Assembly: GCA_964036045.1 (NCBI GenBank) | Contig: OZ038378.1 | Span: 181,536,001-181,600,000 of the forward strand | Direction of reading: 5' to 3' | Source of the DNA: Eutreptiella sp. 'Long Island Sound 2002' | Taxonomy: Eukaryota; Protista; Euglenida | DNA: 64,000 nucleotides | Shown: in pieces, positions 48,066 through 60,686 of the stretch | How positions within the stretch are numbered: position 1 is the stretch's first letter | Layout of the letters: each line of letters opens with the position of its first letter | The notes under the pieces: generated by a model | Database searches by the model: none | What the model was told of the DNA's origin: nothing | Seen by the model: only the letters and a program-made list of their open reading frames with translations | Program-made: the position numbers and the translations under genes

Positions 48066-48620
48066 GCCATGCCACCCCGGGAACACTGGACCGCACAGGT
48101 GCATGAGCATACGGGCGCAGGTGTAGAGTAGTGAGTATTTGGTAAAACTTAGTACCAGAGGAGGTAAAACTTAGTAAAATGTGGTAAAACTCAGTAAATT
48201 TTTGAAAATTTTTTCGCTAAGTTTTGCCACAGACCCGAGAGCATGACAGAGGCAGAGGGGCGCGGGAGTACAGGGCACCAGGGCAAAGGAGTGCAGGGTC
48301 CAGTGGGCATTGGCCAGGTCTGTTGAGCGTATACCCCACCACTGCTTGCGAGCCGACAACTCGACGGTCTTGGGAGGCACGCAGGGGGGCGGGCGGGTGG
48401 ACCCAAACCCGTAAACACTGGTGGGTAAGGGGCAGCGACTGCAACTCGGCCAGACCCAAAGCTGAAGGGTTGGCCCTGGGCTGAGCTTCCCATTTAATCG
48501 CCGTTGCTCGTTCCAGCCGCCACAGAATTGCAGGGGAGTGCACCCAGGGCCCGGCTTCGCTCTCGTGTTCTGTTTGCGTCAGCAGGTTGCTGTCATCCTT
48601 TCGTTCGTTGTCGAGGATTT

Positions 48621-48810
48621 TGGGCTGTAGAGGGCTGTGGAGGGCTGTGGAGGGTTGTAGAGGGCTGTGGAGGGCTGTGGAGGGCTGTGGAGGGCTGTGG
48701 AGGGCTGTAGAGGGTTGTGGAGGGCTGTGGAGGGCTGTGGAGGGCTGTAGAGGGTTGTGGAGGGCTGTGGAGGGCTGTGGAGGGCTGTAGAGGGTTGTAG
48801 AGGGTTGTGG
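48621..48810. repeat. (AGGGCTGTGG)n 10-bp satellite, about 19 units
   Basis: Direct inspection. Confidence 0.95.
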
Positions 48811-48943
48811 AGGGTTGCTGCAGTTGGGCAGGGCGTCATTATTATGATGGCCGAACCATTCGACCTGCTTCATCCGGGACACAGGGGTACAGCGAGAGGC
48901 ACAAGGTTTGCAGGACACAGACCGCCAGTTCCCACGCCCCCAC

Positions 48944-49261
48944 CCGTTCACGGATGCGGTTGAGGTGCAGGAGGGTCTGCATGATCTCCACCGTGGGGGA
49001 GGCCATCATGACCGTCTTGCAGAACTTGCACTTCTTGGGATGGTGCGGCGTGTCGTACCCGGCGCCGCAGCGGAAGCAGTAGATCTTGTTGGGGGGTTTG
49101 CCCACTGGAGTGCCCGGCGGATCTGCAACGATGCCGTCGGAGTTCTCGGACGGCGCATCCTCTGAGTCGTCTTTGTCCTCAGCCGCGAATATGTCATTGA
49201 ACATGATGTCGGTGACTTTGGTGAGCACATTGAGCAGGATCTGCGTGTCTTCCTCACTCAC
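48944..49261 (-). CDS. Gene A exon with C4 zinc ribbon (CFRC-x12-CKFC, 49019-49078)
   Basis: gatgcacAG / CGG|gtgggg, 318 nt, phase 0-0, GC3-rich. Confidence 0.85.
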
Positions 49262-51379
49262 CTGTGCATCGGGGGCATGGGAAGGCGGCACGAAGCATGT
49301 GGCGTGACTCTGTGACTCTGTCTCTTTCTCTGTCTGTCTATTCTATCGGCCTCTATGTGTATCTCGATCCCCGTAATGTCCCTGTCGCGTTTGTTCCCTC
49401 TGTGTTTCTCTGTCTCCCTGTGTGTGTGTCTGTTGTTTACCCTTTGAGTCTCTTTGTAGGCCCCTGGAATTAGGGCAGAGGAGGGCTTCCAGGGCAGCTT
49501 GACCACGAAGCCCCTTTGGGCTGGGGCTGCAAGGGCCAGCTTCCTTTGGGGCCCTTTTGGCAGCAAGCGCCGCACTTCATCCGCATGCAACTCTTCACTG
49601 GCAGCGGGGCGCGGAGCGTCAGGCGTCCTCCGGCGGGGCTGTCTGCTGCCCTGGACTTTCAGCGGTTGTCGGGCTCGCATGGAGATTCGGGCCTTCCTAG
49701 CGAGTGGCCCCGAAAACCTTAACCATCGATGTCCGGCGTAAGGCTGCCTGGGCCTCCGCAATATCGGTGACGAGGGTCCCTGTGTAGTGTGGCTGCTGTC
49801 ATCCCTCCGCTTCCTGCCTGTGCCCCTGCCCTATCCCCGATGCCCCTGCCCCTCACGTGAGATTGTGCTTCTTGTACGTATCGTAGAACGATCGGATGAT
49901 TTGCATCGCCATTGCACGGGAATGTGTGGTCCGCACATCCACATCCCCCGTGCACGACAGTGCGCCTCTGCTCCATATCAGCTGCACCACAGGGCCCCAG
50001 GGATGGATATAACTGGGGTGGGTGGGTCCCCCCCCAAAACAAATGTGACAAAGCGTCACAATATCCGTCACAAAAAAGTACCGTGGAGCCCTTTGAACGT
50101 CACCATATTTTCGGAACCAGCGATTTCCCACTATGGCCCTCTATATATATCGTGACATGTTACGATTCACCCCCCCCCCCCCCTCCGGGTGACGCGAAAA
50201 TTAGATCCATCCCTGCAGAGCCCAATGTCGAGCCCTCTCTGACAACGAGACTTGCATTTGAATGTGGGCACTTTGCTCGTGCGTCTCCCAGAAAGTGTGA
50301 CTCACCTTCTCCTGCTCTCCCCTTTCGGCCCTCACTGCACCTTTCCCACCGCGCCGCCACATTCCTCTCCACCACCAGCCCTCCCCGCACTATCAGTCGG
50401 CTCAAAGGTTTGAGTACAAGCGATGGTGCTGGCCGCCTGCTGATTCCACGTCTCGGGGGACAGCAAACGACCCAGACAATGCATGACCAGAGCCGTGGTG
50501 CCCTGTGCACGATAGTCACTAAGAAAGGGACTCTATTACCAGAGCAGCACGAGGGCACGCGGATTTTACAGGAGGGTGCACAAGAACGCCCGGTCCCCCC
50601 GGTCCCCACAACAGCAACAACGGCAAACGGAGAACAGAACGAAATGGGCACCATTGAACAGGACAAAAGCAACGCAGGGACGACACTTCAACAACGAATG
50701 GTACATTTGCAGGGACTCATGGACGGCGTCGCTGCCCCATGTCCGGGAAGAGGCTGACACAAATCCCCATCCTGAAGTAGTTGAGAGAACCATGCTATAC
50801 TGCCTGGTCCATGTGGTGTCTGGGTTGCCTCTGCCATCCAGTACAGGCCCAGCATCAGAGGGTGTTCGAAGAGGCCCGACATTGAGGCCATCAAATTCAG
50901 CCCAACGCTAGGACACCAGAGCAAACGCTGCACGGTGCGAGTGCAAGAAGGAAAGGGTGCCCAAGCAGAGGCCGGTTTGGTGGTGGTGGTGGTGGTGTGG
51001 GGGTGGGGCAGGCCCATTTGTTGATGGTTCTCAATCAAATTTGGATTCTCCATCGATTTCTGAGCATGTTGAGCATCAACACGTGGGGTGGCAAATGTTA
51101 CTATCCTCCACCCCACCGAAAGCAAAAGGAATTTACAGGCGCCCACGGCTACCCCTGCGGCGCCCAAGCTTGGCCCACCAATGCTCGGGACCTATGCGGT
51201 AGCCGGTGGCCCCCATTTTGGGGGCGGGGGGGGGGGGGGTCGTGTATCTGAACAGGTGACCCCTCATGTTGGTCATTCGTGGGAAGAAATCGGGTGGGTG
51301 GGTGGGTGGGTGCAGTGTTCTGGGTGAGCGCGGGATGTTGTCCCACTGCTTACGATTGCACTGGAGGACGGCGGGGCAC

Positions 51380-51706
51380 CTCCTTGGTCAGCACGGAATT
51401 CATGCGCGCCAGGACGTCGTCCATCGCCTTGTGTTCCTTTTCCGCCATCTCCGCCGCCAGGCCGTCCAGGTCATCCAACGTGGCATTCAAAGGCGCAAAC
51501 AGCGGGCCCCCACGGGTGGAGGGTGGAGAGCGTGGCGGCGTCGGCGAGGGCTCATTGGAAGTGGAGATGAGAGCCGTCAACTGGTCGACCTGCGCACGCA
51601 AACTCCGAATCTGCTCCTTTTGGCTCGCAACGGTCTGGCTGTGATGCATGTTCTCGTGCTTTAGCTCCTGACATTGCTTGCAACCCTTCGCTGTGGGCAC
51701 CTGCTC
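51380..51706 (-). CDS. Gene A exon: EQVPTAKGCKQCQELK...DDVLARMNSVLTKE
   Basis: ccacttcAG / GAG|gtgccc, 327 nt, phase 0-0. Confidence 0.85.
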
Positions 51707-51781
51707 CTGAAGTGGGCGAGACAGACGTAGAGAGGTCGAGACACTGATGGGGAGCTGAACAGACGCAGAGCACGAGGGGGG

Positions 51782-52010
51782 GGGGGGATTGCGGTCAGGG
51801 AGCGTCAAATTCAATGGCGAAAAATTGCGGAAAAATTGCGGCGCCGTAACCAAACGCCCCGAAGCCACAAGGAGCAACACCTCTGCACAGGGGACACACA
51901 GGGCACCAACAAGTACGCAGGGGGGACAAGCAAAAGGCAATTGCGGAGAAATTGCGGAAAATTGCGAAATTGTGAAAATTGCGAAGAATTGCGGACCTCA
52001 ACCCCCTCCC
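51782..52010. mobile_element. MITE-like element, copy 2
   Basis: Near-identical to 23351-23572. Confidence 0.65.
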
Positions 52011-52976
52011 CCCGCGTGCGCAGAGACAGGCGCGCGGAGACAGAGATATAAGAAAAGAAATGGAGAGGCGCAGATAGGGCTGTGCTCAAAAGGGGGGGGG
52101 GGGGCTCCGCCTTGCGGTTGTGCTCAAATCGCACGCAGTGCACTGAAGTCTGGCCGTTGGCGCGCAGCCTCAACACCTCAAAAATAACGGCGTGGCTTTG
52201 CGAGGTGGGCTACTGTGCCCAAAGACGTGCAGCAGTCTTATGTGCCACATTGTGAACAGCCACCCTTCTTTTTTTGCCAGTCACGTGGTCTTCATACAGG
52301 CGAAAGAGGATGGCTACCACAAGCGCCTGCGGGTCCACAGGGGGGGGGAGGTCGACATTAGGTTTGAGATTCAAACGGGGGCCTTGTAGGAACGCGACAG
52401 CGGGATACAAGTGAGCACATTCCTAAGCCCGTCTTGCAGAACATACGTGCACAACACTGGACCGGTGCCCGTCAAACAACAGGAAATTTCTACAGCGCAC
52501 AAAAGCCTACTTCTGACCCACCTTAAAGGGGGATTAATGGTCGGCTCTGATAGACTGAATGTCCCCGTCATAGCCACTTTCAGCCATTAGTTCGATTGTG
52601 CAAGTGTGATCGTAAACAACAAAGTGCCCCCTTCTTGGGTGGGGTGCTCCACTCCTGTCTGTACATAGATATGTACAACACATGTTGCTTCTGCGGGCAG
52701 TAATTCCGTTAAGCCAGGCGTGGCTCAGTCACTCATGCGGCCCACCTTAAAGGGGAGGAGGGGGGGGGGGGCGTGACCCTCCTCGTCGCGGAAGAAAAAA
52801 TCCGCACAGCCCGGGCTAAGAGGCTGAAACATGGACACACACTGAGAGAAATGCAGCTCAGAAACAAACAGACCACAGCAAAAGAACCACAGAGTCATAG
52901 AGACACCAAGAGGCAGGCCGGAAGACGGCGTAGAGAGAGGGATAGAGGGACCAAGAGGCAACCGACACAACGACAC

Positions 52977-53552
52977 CTTCTCGGTCTGGGTAAACGCGGA
53001 GAGCCGCGGCCGGGGAAGCTCCACATCCACCGGCTTCCCTGCCATCTTCTCCGCCATTTCCTGCGCCATCTTCTCGGCCATCTCCACGGCCATCTTCTGC
53101 GCCATCTGCTCTGCCATGTCCTTTGCCAGGTCCTTCGCCATCTCCTGCGCCAACTCCTGCGCCATATCGAGGGCCATCTCCTTCGCCATCCCCTTGGCCA
53201 TCTCCTTCGCCATCCCCTTGGCCATCTCCTCCGCCATGGCCCGCAGCTCCTCTTCATCGGGGTCAGACGTGATGACCGTCACTTTGCCGACGCCGCCCGC
53301 CTCCGGTTCCGGGACCGGCTCCGGTTCCGGCTCCGGCTCCGGCTCCGGCTCCGGGGCGGCTTGTTCCTGCGGAGCGGTTGCGGGCCGCGGCTCTGCAGCC
53401 GCGCTCTCCAGCTCCTCGATGCGGGCCATGAGGGACAACTGGGTCTGCAGGCTGTCGTTCAGGCGCAGCTCCAGGTCCTGGATGCGCGCCTCCTCGGCCT
53501 CGCGCTCCTTCTGCCGTTCCAGGTCCGTGGCCTTCTCCTTCTCCGCCCATTC
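52977..53552 (-). CDS. Gene A exon: coiled coil, (PE)n linker and 17 M/L-A-x-x tetrads
   Basis: gttgttcgcAG / AAG|gtgtcg, 576 nt, phase 0-0, strong GC3 bias. Confidence 0.9.
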
Positions 53553-54577
53553 CTGCGAACAACCGCGGGAAAGGCCGGGAAGTCGCGTGCGCCCAGCCCC
53601 ATCCCCGTGGGACGCGTTTGTGAGGGTGACGAGGTGGAGGTGCGCTCGCCCTGCACCCGACCATCAGCCCCCCTCGGCACACAATCGGACGTGGCAGTAC
53701 AGAGAGACAGAGACGCGGAGACAAACGGCGCGGGGCACAGAGAGATATTGGAGCTCCGGCAACGGGGGACGTAAATCATAAAGGCAGGGCAGGTTTACCG
53801 GTGGGAGCATGGGCAGCGAGTGCACATCCGATGGTGGGCATCGCCTAGGGACACTAATTTGCCAAACGCCCCCATCGTGTGATATGTCAGCGTGGCGGGT
53901 TTCCACTTCCGCGCGGGGGAGGGGGGGGTGGGACGGGCAATTAGAGCAAGTGAAATGGTATTTTTGGAACCAGCGCGACGAGGGCCACCCGGAAAAATCA
54001 TCACTTTTCTTGGGATTGCGTGAAAAAAAAATCACCATTTTGGCCCCGAAAACACATTTGTCGGCTCCTTCAGCGGAGGGTTTCAGAGTGACGGGCGAAT
54101 GGGTTGGCCCGGACCCCCCCCCCCCCCCACTTTTGTTGGGGGTCTGGGTCAAATGCATCGAAATATTGATCATCGAGAGGAAGGAGACCAGCGCTTGGCC
54201 AAAGGCAGCGTGCGCTGCGTCTCGCTGACGGTTCAACACTTTTGTTGAGTTCATTGGCAGCATTTGTGCCGCCGCTCCTCCGGCCCCTCTCATTGCCGAC
54301 AACACCTCAGGGGCATCAGGTTGGGCCCGAGCTTTCATTTGGCGTGTAGGCGTGCAAACCAGGGCACATGCACGGCCCCTCCGAGGCCCACTGCTGCAGC
54401 AGACCCGGCCCCTTTGCAATCCCTCACTGCCTCTGCGCGGGTTCCAAGCTGCACAAATATCAATGCATCGCACCGCTTCCCCAGAATGCCGCTCATCCTC
54501 TTCGATGCCACCGTCTTTGTTGCAGCCCCGACCCCCCACTTCCCCACATACGCACCCCCCCTGCTCATCCACCCCCC

Positions 54578-54970
54578 TGTGTGACATTCCGTCTGGTTGT
54601 TGTTCCTTTACGGGGCCCTGGACGGTCACCCGTTCTTCCCTTCGCATGTTGCGTCGGGTTGCTGCTTTCTGTCAGCCGCTGTGGCCGGTGCTCTTGCTGG
54701 TGTCGTTTCCGCGTTCGTGGAGCCCAGTAGTTGGTGTGTTGGGGCTGTGCTGAATGTGGCATGGTGTGCCATTTGCGCGTCAGCGGCGCCCAATAATTGG
54801 CGTATTGAGGATGTGCTGGTTGTTGCCGAGGTCGTTTGACTGTTTTTGCTGTCCACACACCTCTGTCCACAGGCCGTCCATAGCCTGCCTCGCTGTGTTT
54901 CTGTGCGGCCCAGGTGCCCTGTTCCTCCACGCGCTGTCCAGGCCGTCCACCATATGTCCTTTCCTCCCCT
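54578..54970 (-). mobile_element. R1 copy 5 (intron of gene A)
   Basis: Same conserved end and body. Confidence 0.8.
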
Positions 54971-55791
54971 CCCAACACATACTTTCGCCCCACCCCCACA
55001 TACGCACTCTCCCAGTATCCCGCGCAGCCCGGAGGCACGCCCCCGTGCATTGCTACGTATGATCCCCCTGGGGCTTGAATCTGAGTCCTTTGGTGACCTG
55101 TGCTGCGAGTCCTTGGCAACTTCGCTTCGAGACGGGCCGTTGCTCGTGCCACCCTGCCACTGTTCTTGGGCCGTTCGCTCAACGCGGTGGCGCTGCCGAC
55201 CACCGCAACATCTCCCTGCCCTTGTGCCGCACACACGTGTTGCTGCCGCCGCCTCCATGTTCCCTGCCCGCCGTGACCACCCTTGTGCAGTTGCTGTGGG
55301 GCCACTCCAAAATGGACACGACTAATTCGGCCAATGCTGTAACCTGCGTTGCCCCCAAAAACATGGTATTTAGTACCCGCAGGGTGCAGAACAGGGCTAT
55401 CCAGGGAAGTATCAGAAGGGGGGGGGGATGGGACCTCAAAATTTGTGTACCAAAAATGGCCCGAACAGATTTTTCCAATGGTAAATTTCGTTTTTTCCCG
55501 CCACGGTCCCTTTGGTCTGGGTGGGAGGGGGGGGGGGGCTCATCCTGCGGTGTACGGCCATGCTAAGACTCCCCTGGGGCTACCCCAACCCCGCGACTTG
55601 CCGCTCCGGCGGCCTTCCTGGACGAGCCCGGATGTAAGGAACCAACAGTAGCCGGGTTTGGGTTGCAGGCTGATAACTGATTGACACTCCACTCCACTCC
55701 ACTCCACTACAGCGTACAACCCAAAATCGCAACACCATCGCACTATGCCACATCATGTTGCACCATGTTTTACCATCGCCTGCCACAAGAC

Positions 55792-56067
55792 CTGCAAAAA
55801 CTTCTCCTTCCATGCCTCCCTTTCGGACTCGGACTCGATGTACGTCGGGGGGATGGCGGGCACGTCGGATGATGTTCTCGGCGGGATTGCCTGCATTACC
55901 GCAGTGATCTCGGCGACGGCCTGCAACTTCAACGTTTCGTGCATGCGCTTCCAGTCTGACCTGATCTCAAACACTTCATCCCTACACTGCTGCTTGGCCC
56001 CCTTGATCTCCCTGACCTTCTCTTGGAGAGTCCGCAATATCCCTTTGGTTATGGCGTTGGGCTTGGG
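55792..56067 (-). CDS. Gene A exon: PKPNAITKGILRTLQEKVREIK...EREAWKEKFLQ
   Basis: ctctgttcAG / CAG|gtcttg, 276 nt, phase 0-0. Confidence 0.85.
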
Positions 56068-57499
56068 CTGAACAGAGTAGCACAAGCGATGGCCGAAGAA
56101 GGACAAGCGGATGAGGCAGTAGTACAAGCGGATGAGAGAATACTACATGTCGGCAGAGAAATATTAGAAGGGGTGGGGGTCTGGGACCCAAAAGTTTGCG
56201 TACCAAAAATGGCCTGACCATATTTTTCCAACGGCAAATTTCGTTGTTTCCACTATGGTCCCTTTAGTCCGGGGGATACCCTCCCTCCTCCTGTGGTGTA
56301 CGGCCATTTTAATACTTCGCTGCATGTTGGGAACTGGTGGCAGCAGGACGTGCGGCTGCTTGGATGGGGCAGATTTTTTCGGGGGGGGGGGGGGGCTGAC
56401 TCAAGAACTTCTTCATAGTACTCAAGACAGTTCTTGGAAACACGGGCAACTCCAACATGTGTGGATCCCCGCAATGTGGGGCATGTGGTAAAGACCCAGA
56501 GTTCACATACTTATACTAGAGAGCTCTCTAGTGCGGTAGGTGACCGCCACGCCAGAAAGCAAACCTAGAAAGTGATTGCAGAAAATGTGCACCCATAATG
56601 CGGGCTGGTGGGAGGAGGTCTTGGGTTGTGTGCCTAATGCAGTGGTGGCTGGCGGGGGGGGGGGGGGGGAACAAACGAACCGCCCTAAAGCTGTCGCCAC
56701 ACACCCAAAAGGGAAAAGGGGCCGGGAATCACCCTTGGAACCATTGCCACAAGTCATGTAGGGTAAGTACCCCCAAGTTTGCGATGTTTCCTGTCTGGGG
56801 TGGTGTCCGGTGGCGGTCGTGCACCCAACATTTTGACCCTAGTTCGGCATTGGCGCCTAGGGGGAGGTAGTTCCGCCCTATCCTTTGCGTGTTTGGACGC
56901 CCACGGCTAGCACATCATGGAAAAGAGTCGCACCCGCCGGTGTGCCCAACCGAAACGGGCCCCGGCGAACCTCAAACGTCCATGGCAAAGCGGTACTTGG
57001 CTCAGCAGTGGTTCATGTACTAGCACACCGCCCTCGGCACCAAATTCACTTGTGTCTACCGCGATAGCTTGGATACCTTGGCACGGCAATCCCATCACTA
57101 GCACTCCCTCCTGCGCCAAGCGGCAGTATGGGCCACCTCCACTGCCTAGCACTACCAACAAGTCGAGGTATCTGACTACCCAAGCCCTGGTATGGTACGA
57201 TTGCTGTGGGTCCCATGTGCGTGCCGCTCTGTGGTGGGAGGCTTCCTGGGAGGGGAGGGCGTTTTGCTGCGGCGCCCTTTCCTGGGGGGCCGTATACCCT
57301 ACCTACTTCCGGAGGGCAGCGTCCGTGGGGTTTGGCCGCACTTCACGTGGGCGCGGTTTCGTGTACCATGCTGGCACGGCTATGGATGGTGTGGGTGGTG
57401 CCTGGGCGCTGCGGGGGGGCATGGTGAGTTGGCCCCACAGCTTACACACACCGTGCAGCGCGTGATGCTGGTTGCACGCCACCCGCGCCCTGAAGTCCA

Positions 57500-58410
57500 C
57501 TCGCTGCGATCTCGGGATGTGTTCCCACAGTGACTAGGGGATATCTAAGTAGGACAGGTTCGCAGCTGATGCTCTGGTCCACCATTCCGTCACAATGTCC
57601 TGCCATGGTCCCCATGTGTCGAGCCACATGTTTCGGAATGAGACTTTCCATCGCATGCAGTGAATGAGGCGGTTGTGGACTGTGGTGCCATGGTGGAGGG
57701 GGCAGAGTGGGCACTTGGGGTTGGCACGTTCCCAGGGCGTGCCAGGTCCGTCCCAGCGCAGCGCACTTGGCTCCAAAGCCACTTCACCCAAAGCATGCGT
57801 CGTTCTCCCCGCATGGGCAACCAAGATGTCCAGTGTGTGCCGTCGAAAGGTGCGATGCATCTCCTCTGGAGAATCCATTTCTGTGCCAGGGTGGGAGTAG
57901 GTCCACCACGGACTGCTGTATCCTCCGGCCGGATGGGATCGCATTCTGGGACTAGCAGCTGTGTGGCCATCTTGGCGAGCAAAGCCACCTCACCATTGAG
58001 TGGATGCACTTGCACTCTCGTGCCGTACGGCGTACATGTACACCTCCACATTTACGATACAATCAAATCCATACAACACAAAAGAGACAAGAGAGAGAAG
58101 GAAAACATGACCGGTGAAAACGGGTCCCCTTGCCCAATTCCAGCAACTGGGCGAAATCAAACCTCCCGCACTACCCCTCTCCAACGCAGAATTGGAAGGG
58201 GGCTTGGAGTGTATAAAGTATTACAAGGATGAGGTTTTCTGGTAGTTGCATTAAACGTAAGACATCCGTGATAAAATTGCGCATAAGTGTCGGGAAGGCA
58301 TTTGAAAAATCGAAACTTACAAGCACTCCACGGGGGGCGCATCCCTCCCATGGTGCATTTCCCCTTGGCCAGCGGAGCCACAACATGCGTCCCGTGCCCT
58401 TCAAGGGCAG
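57500..58410 (-). pseudogene. Decayed, internally deleted LINE ORF2 relic of a different family
   Basis: LVSFDFSNAFPTL (~58300), frameshifted AGIGQGDPFSPVMF (~58125), VYMYA with the DD lost (~58035), then C-terminal PKCPLC...HNRLIHC finger (~57655-57715). Confidence 0.8.
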
Positions 58411-58711
58411 CTAGGCAACCCACTGCAATTGGCAAATCCAAATGTGCGACGCGTTGAATGACCCATTTCTCAGCAGAAGTGGGGGTCACCCCACCACAGA
58501 TCACCATGACAGATGGGTCTGTGGGTTCACACGGGTGCAGATGAGGGTGAGTGGTGCAGTAATGTGTACGGATGACGGTGACTGGGGCAATGGTGCGGGC
58601 AGCTGGGGTAGTAGCCCTGCCGGATGGGGTGGGGACTGTCGCAGTCGCACCGGCAGGGCGGTGGTCTGTGCGGATGGGGACACAACGCACAGGCAGTGGG
58701 GGATTGCTGAC

Positions 58712-58975
58712 CTGGCTGGGCTTGCGGACCATCTTCGCCGCCTTTTTCATCTCGTTGATCTCCGTCTTCTGGTCGTCGGCGAGCTTCATCAGCGCCTCGC
58801 ACCGCGTCTTCAGGGCGTCGATCTCGCCCCGCGCCTCCTTCAGATCCTTCTGTCCAGCGTCGCGCAGCTCCCGCTCCCGCAGCTCATTAACCTTTGCGTC
58901 GATGTTCACCGCCTGCTGCTGGGGCACATTCGTGGCCTCAACGTACTTCGCGAGCTCTTCTTTCAGGAATTGGAT
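58712..58975 (-). CDS. Gene A exon, coiled coil: IQFLKEELAKYVEA...EMKKAAKMVRKPSQ
   Basis: ccttcgacgcAG / CAG|gtcagc, 264 nt, phase 0-0; coiled-coil pattern continues across the junction (KLREQ|IQFLKEE). Confidence 0.85.
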
Positions 58976-59323
58976 CTGCGTCGAAGGTGAGGGCAGGGGC
59001 TCGCAGACGCACCCACGGATCCCAATGCATTCCTTGGCAGTGGTCCGGAGCCTACTCTCCTTCGTGCAGGAGGGGTGCATCCCTGATCCTGTCCTGAGTG
59101 CTGCAGGGGGTGGACCCCTGACCTTACCCTCAGTGAGTGCAGGGTGTGTGTGATGCCCCGGACATTCAGATTATGCTCAAACTGCGAGGCTCAACAGCCC
59201 AAACTCCCACTTCCCCAGTGAAACCACGAGTTCATAGTTCAATGGCCTTGCTGGCAGGCATGTTCACTGACACACTGATTCACAACTTCCTGCCCACTGC
59301 ACCTGGTTTGCCGAAAAACTCGG

Positions 59324-59354
<31 letters not shown>

Positions 59355-60444
59355 CGACGCCGAATTCTTTTCAACCAACATCACAGCGTTCACTAACATG
59401 CAGCACATCCACAAATCTTGGCATCCGCCCCGTGTGGCCTTTCCTACCTCTCTCCACAATACGAAGACTACGTACATGTCCTGCATCCCTACCGCACCCT
59501 GCAGCCCCACATGCGCTTGCTCCGACCCCTGTGCAAGGGCCCCCTCCGGCGAGCTTGCAACTGCACACGGAGGGGGAATGACCTACAGGGTACTGACTGG
59601 ACTATAACCGCAGCCTGCGCCTCATCATTGGCCTCTGTGGCGGCGGCATGACCCACCGCCGCGGTTGAGGGGGGGGGGGGTTCGGACCGGCAGGTTCTGG
59701 ACAGGAGTCCTGGTTGACGGAAAAACATTGCTCAAGTCCTGTATTCTGCCAGAGTGCGAAACTGGCGTCCTCGAGCTGTTCGAGGAGGATATTGGCGTGG
59801 GCGTGCACAAGCCCAAGAACTCCGTCAGATCCAGAGACAGGGATTGCAACCCAGAACACACCGCGGGCAGCGGCGGGCTTGCTCCATCCCCTATACGCAC
59901 CGGTGATACACTGGACCTTTCCACCTGCGGACTGCTGTGCATACTTACTCCTGGCATAGATAGCACCTCTGGCTGTAAGCCTGCTACTGCCCTAGGCCCC
60001 AACCTGAAAGGGGCCAATCCATATCCCCAACCGGAAAGGGGCCGCCATAGCACCAAAACGGGTACCTTGCGCTCAAGCCCCCCCCCCCCCTTAATGCATA
60101 GGAAGCTGAAAAGAACCCCGGCATGGAACAAAAAACTCGTGGAAAGGGGCCAAAACTAGGGTTCGACTATTTGCTGACATACAAAACTTTGCACTGCGTG
60201 CGCACTTCGTGCACAGCATTCCCAAGAACACGCAAAAATCCCATCAACTCACTGCCGTGTGGCCCAGCCCCCTCCCCCCCCAGACCCTTGAAGCAACTGC
60301 CAAAATAAGGTTTTGGGGGGGCATATGATTTCGGGGGGGGGGGGGGGGGGGGTTACACGGGCAGTGAAGGGGAGCGCAAAATGACTCGCCACGGTCATGA
60401 CCTGCCGACCGATGGGCAAGAAGGGTTTACGCAAGCAGCTTGAC

Positions 60445-60686
60445 CTGCTCCCGGAGTTTGAACACATGAATCTCCTCCCGCTTCAGCACCGTTGTCAACT
60501 GCGTGTCCTTTTTCTGCAGCAGCTGCTTCCACATGGCCTGCTGCCACTGGCCTACGACTGCCATATTCTTCTCCTTGGGCTCCCCCTGCGAGGACGGGCT
60601 CTTGCCATGCGAGTTCTGGGGGCTTGGGCTCGCCCTTCGGAACGTGTCCGCCCGGGTGATCTCGATCGGAGGCGGTGCAGGGAAAC
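60445..60686 (-). CDS. Gene A exon: GFPAPPPIEITR...WKQLLQKKDTQLTTVLKREEIHVFKLREQ
   Basis: cactgcAG acceptor, CAG|gtcaag donor, phase 1 to 0. Confidence 0.8.

Noticed and set aside
48621-48810. CRISPR-like array (also considered at 11388 and 24725)
   Set aside because: Pure tandem repeats without unique spacers; no cas genes; eukaryotic context
52773-53774. 333-aa His/Leu/Arg-repeat ORF on +
   Set aside because: Antisense shadow of the gene A tetrad exon
59690-59924. Candidate extra exon of gene A
   Set aside because: Reading frame ambiguous and no convincing donor; the direct 60445-58975 join gives a continuous coiled coil
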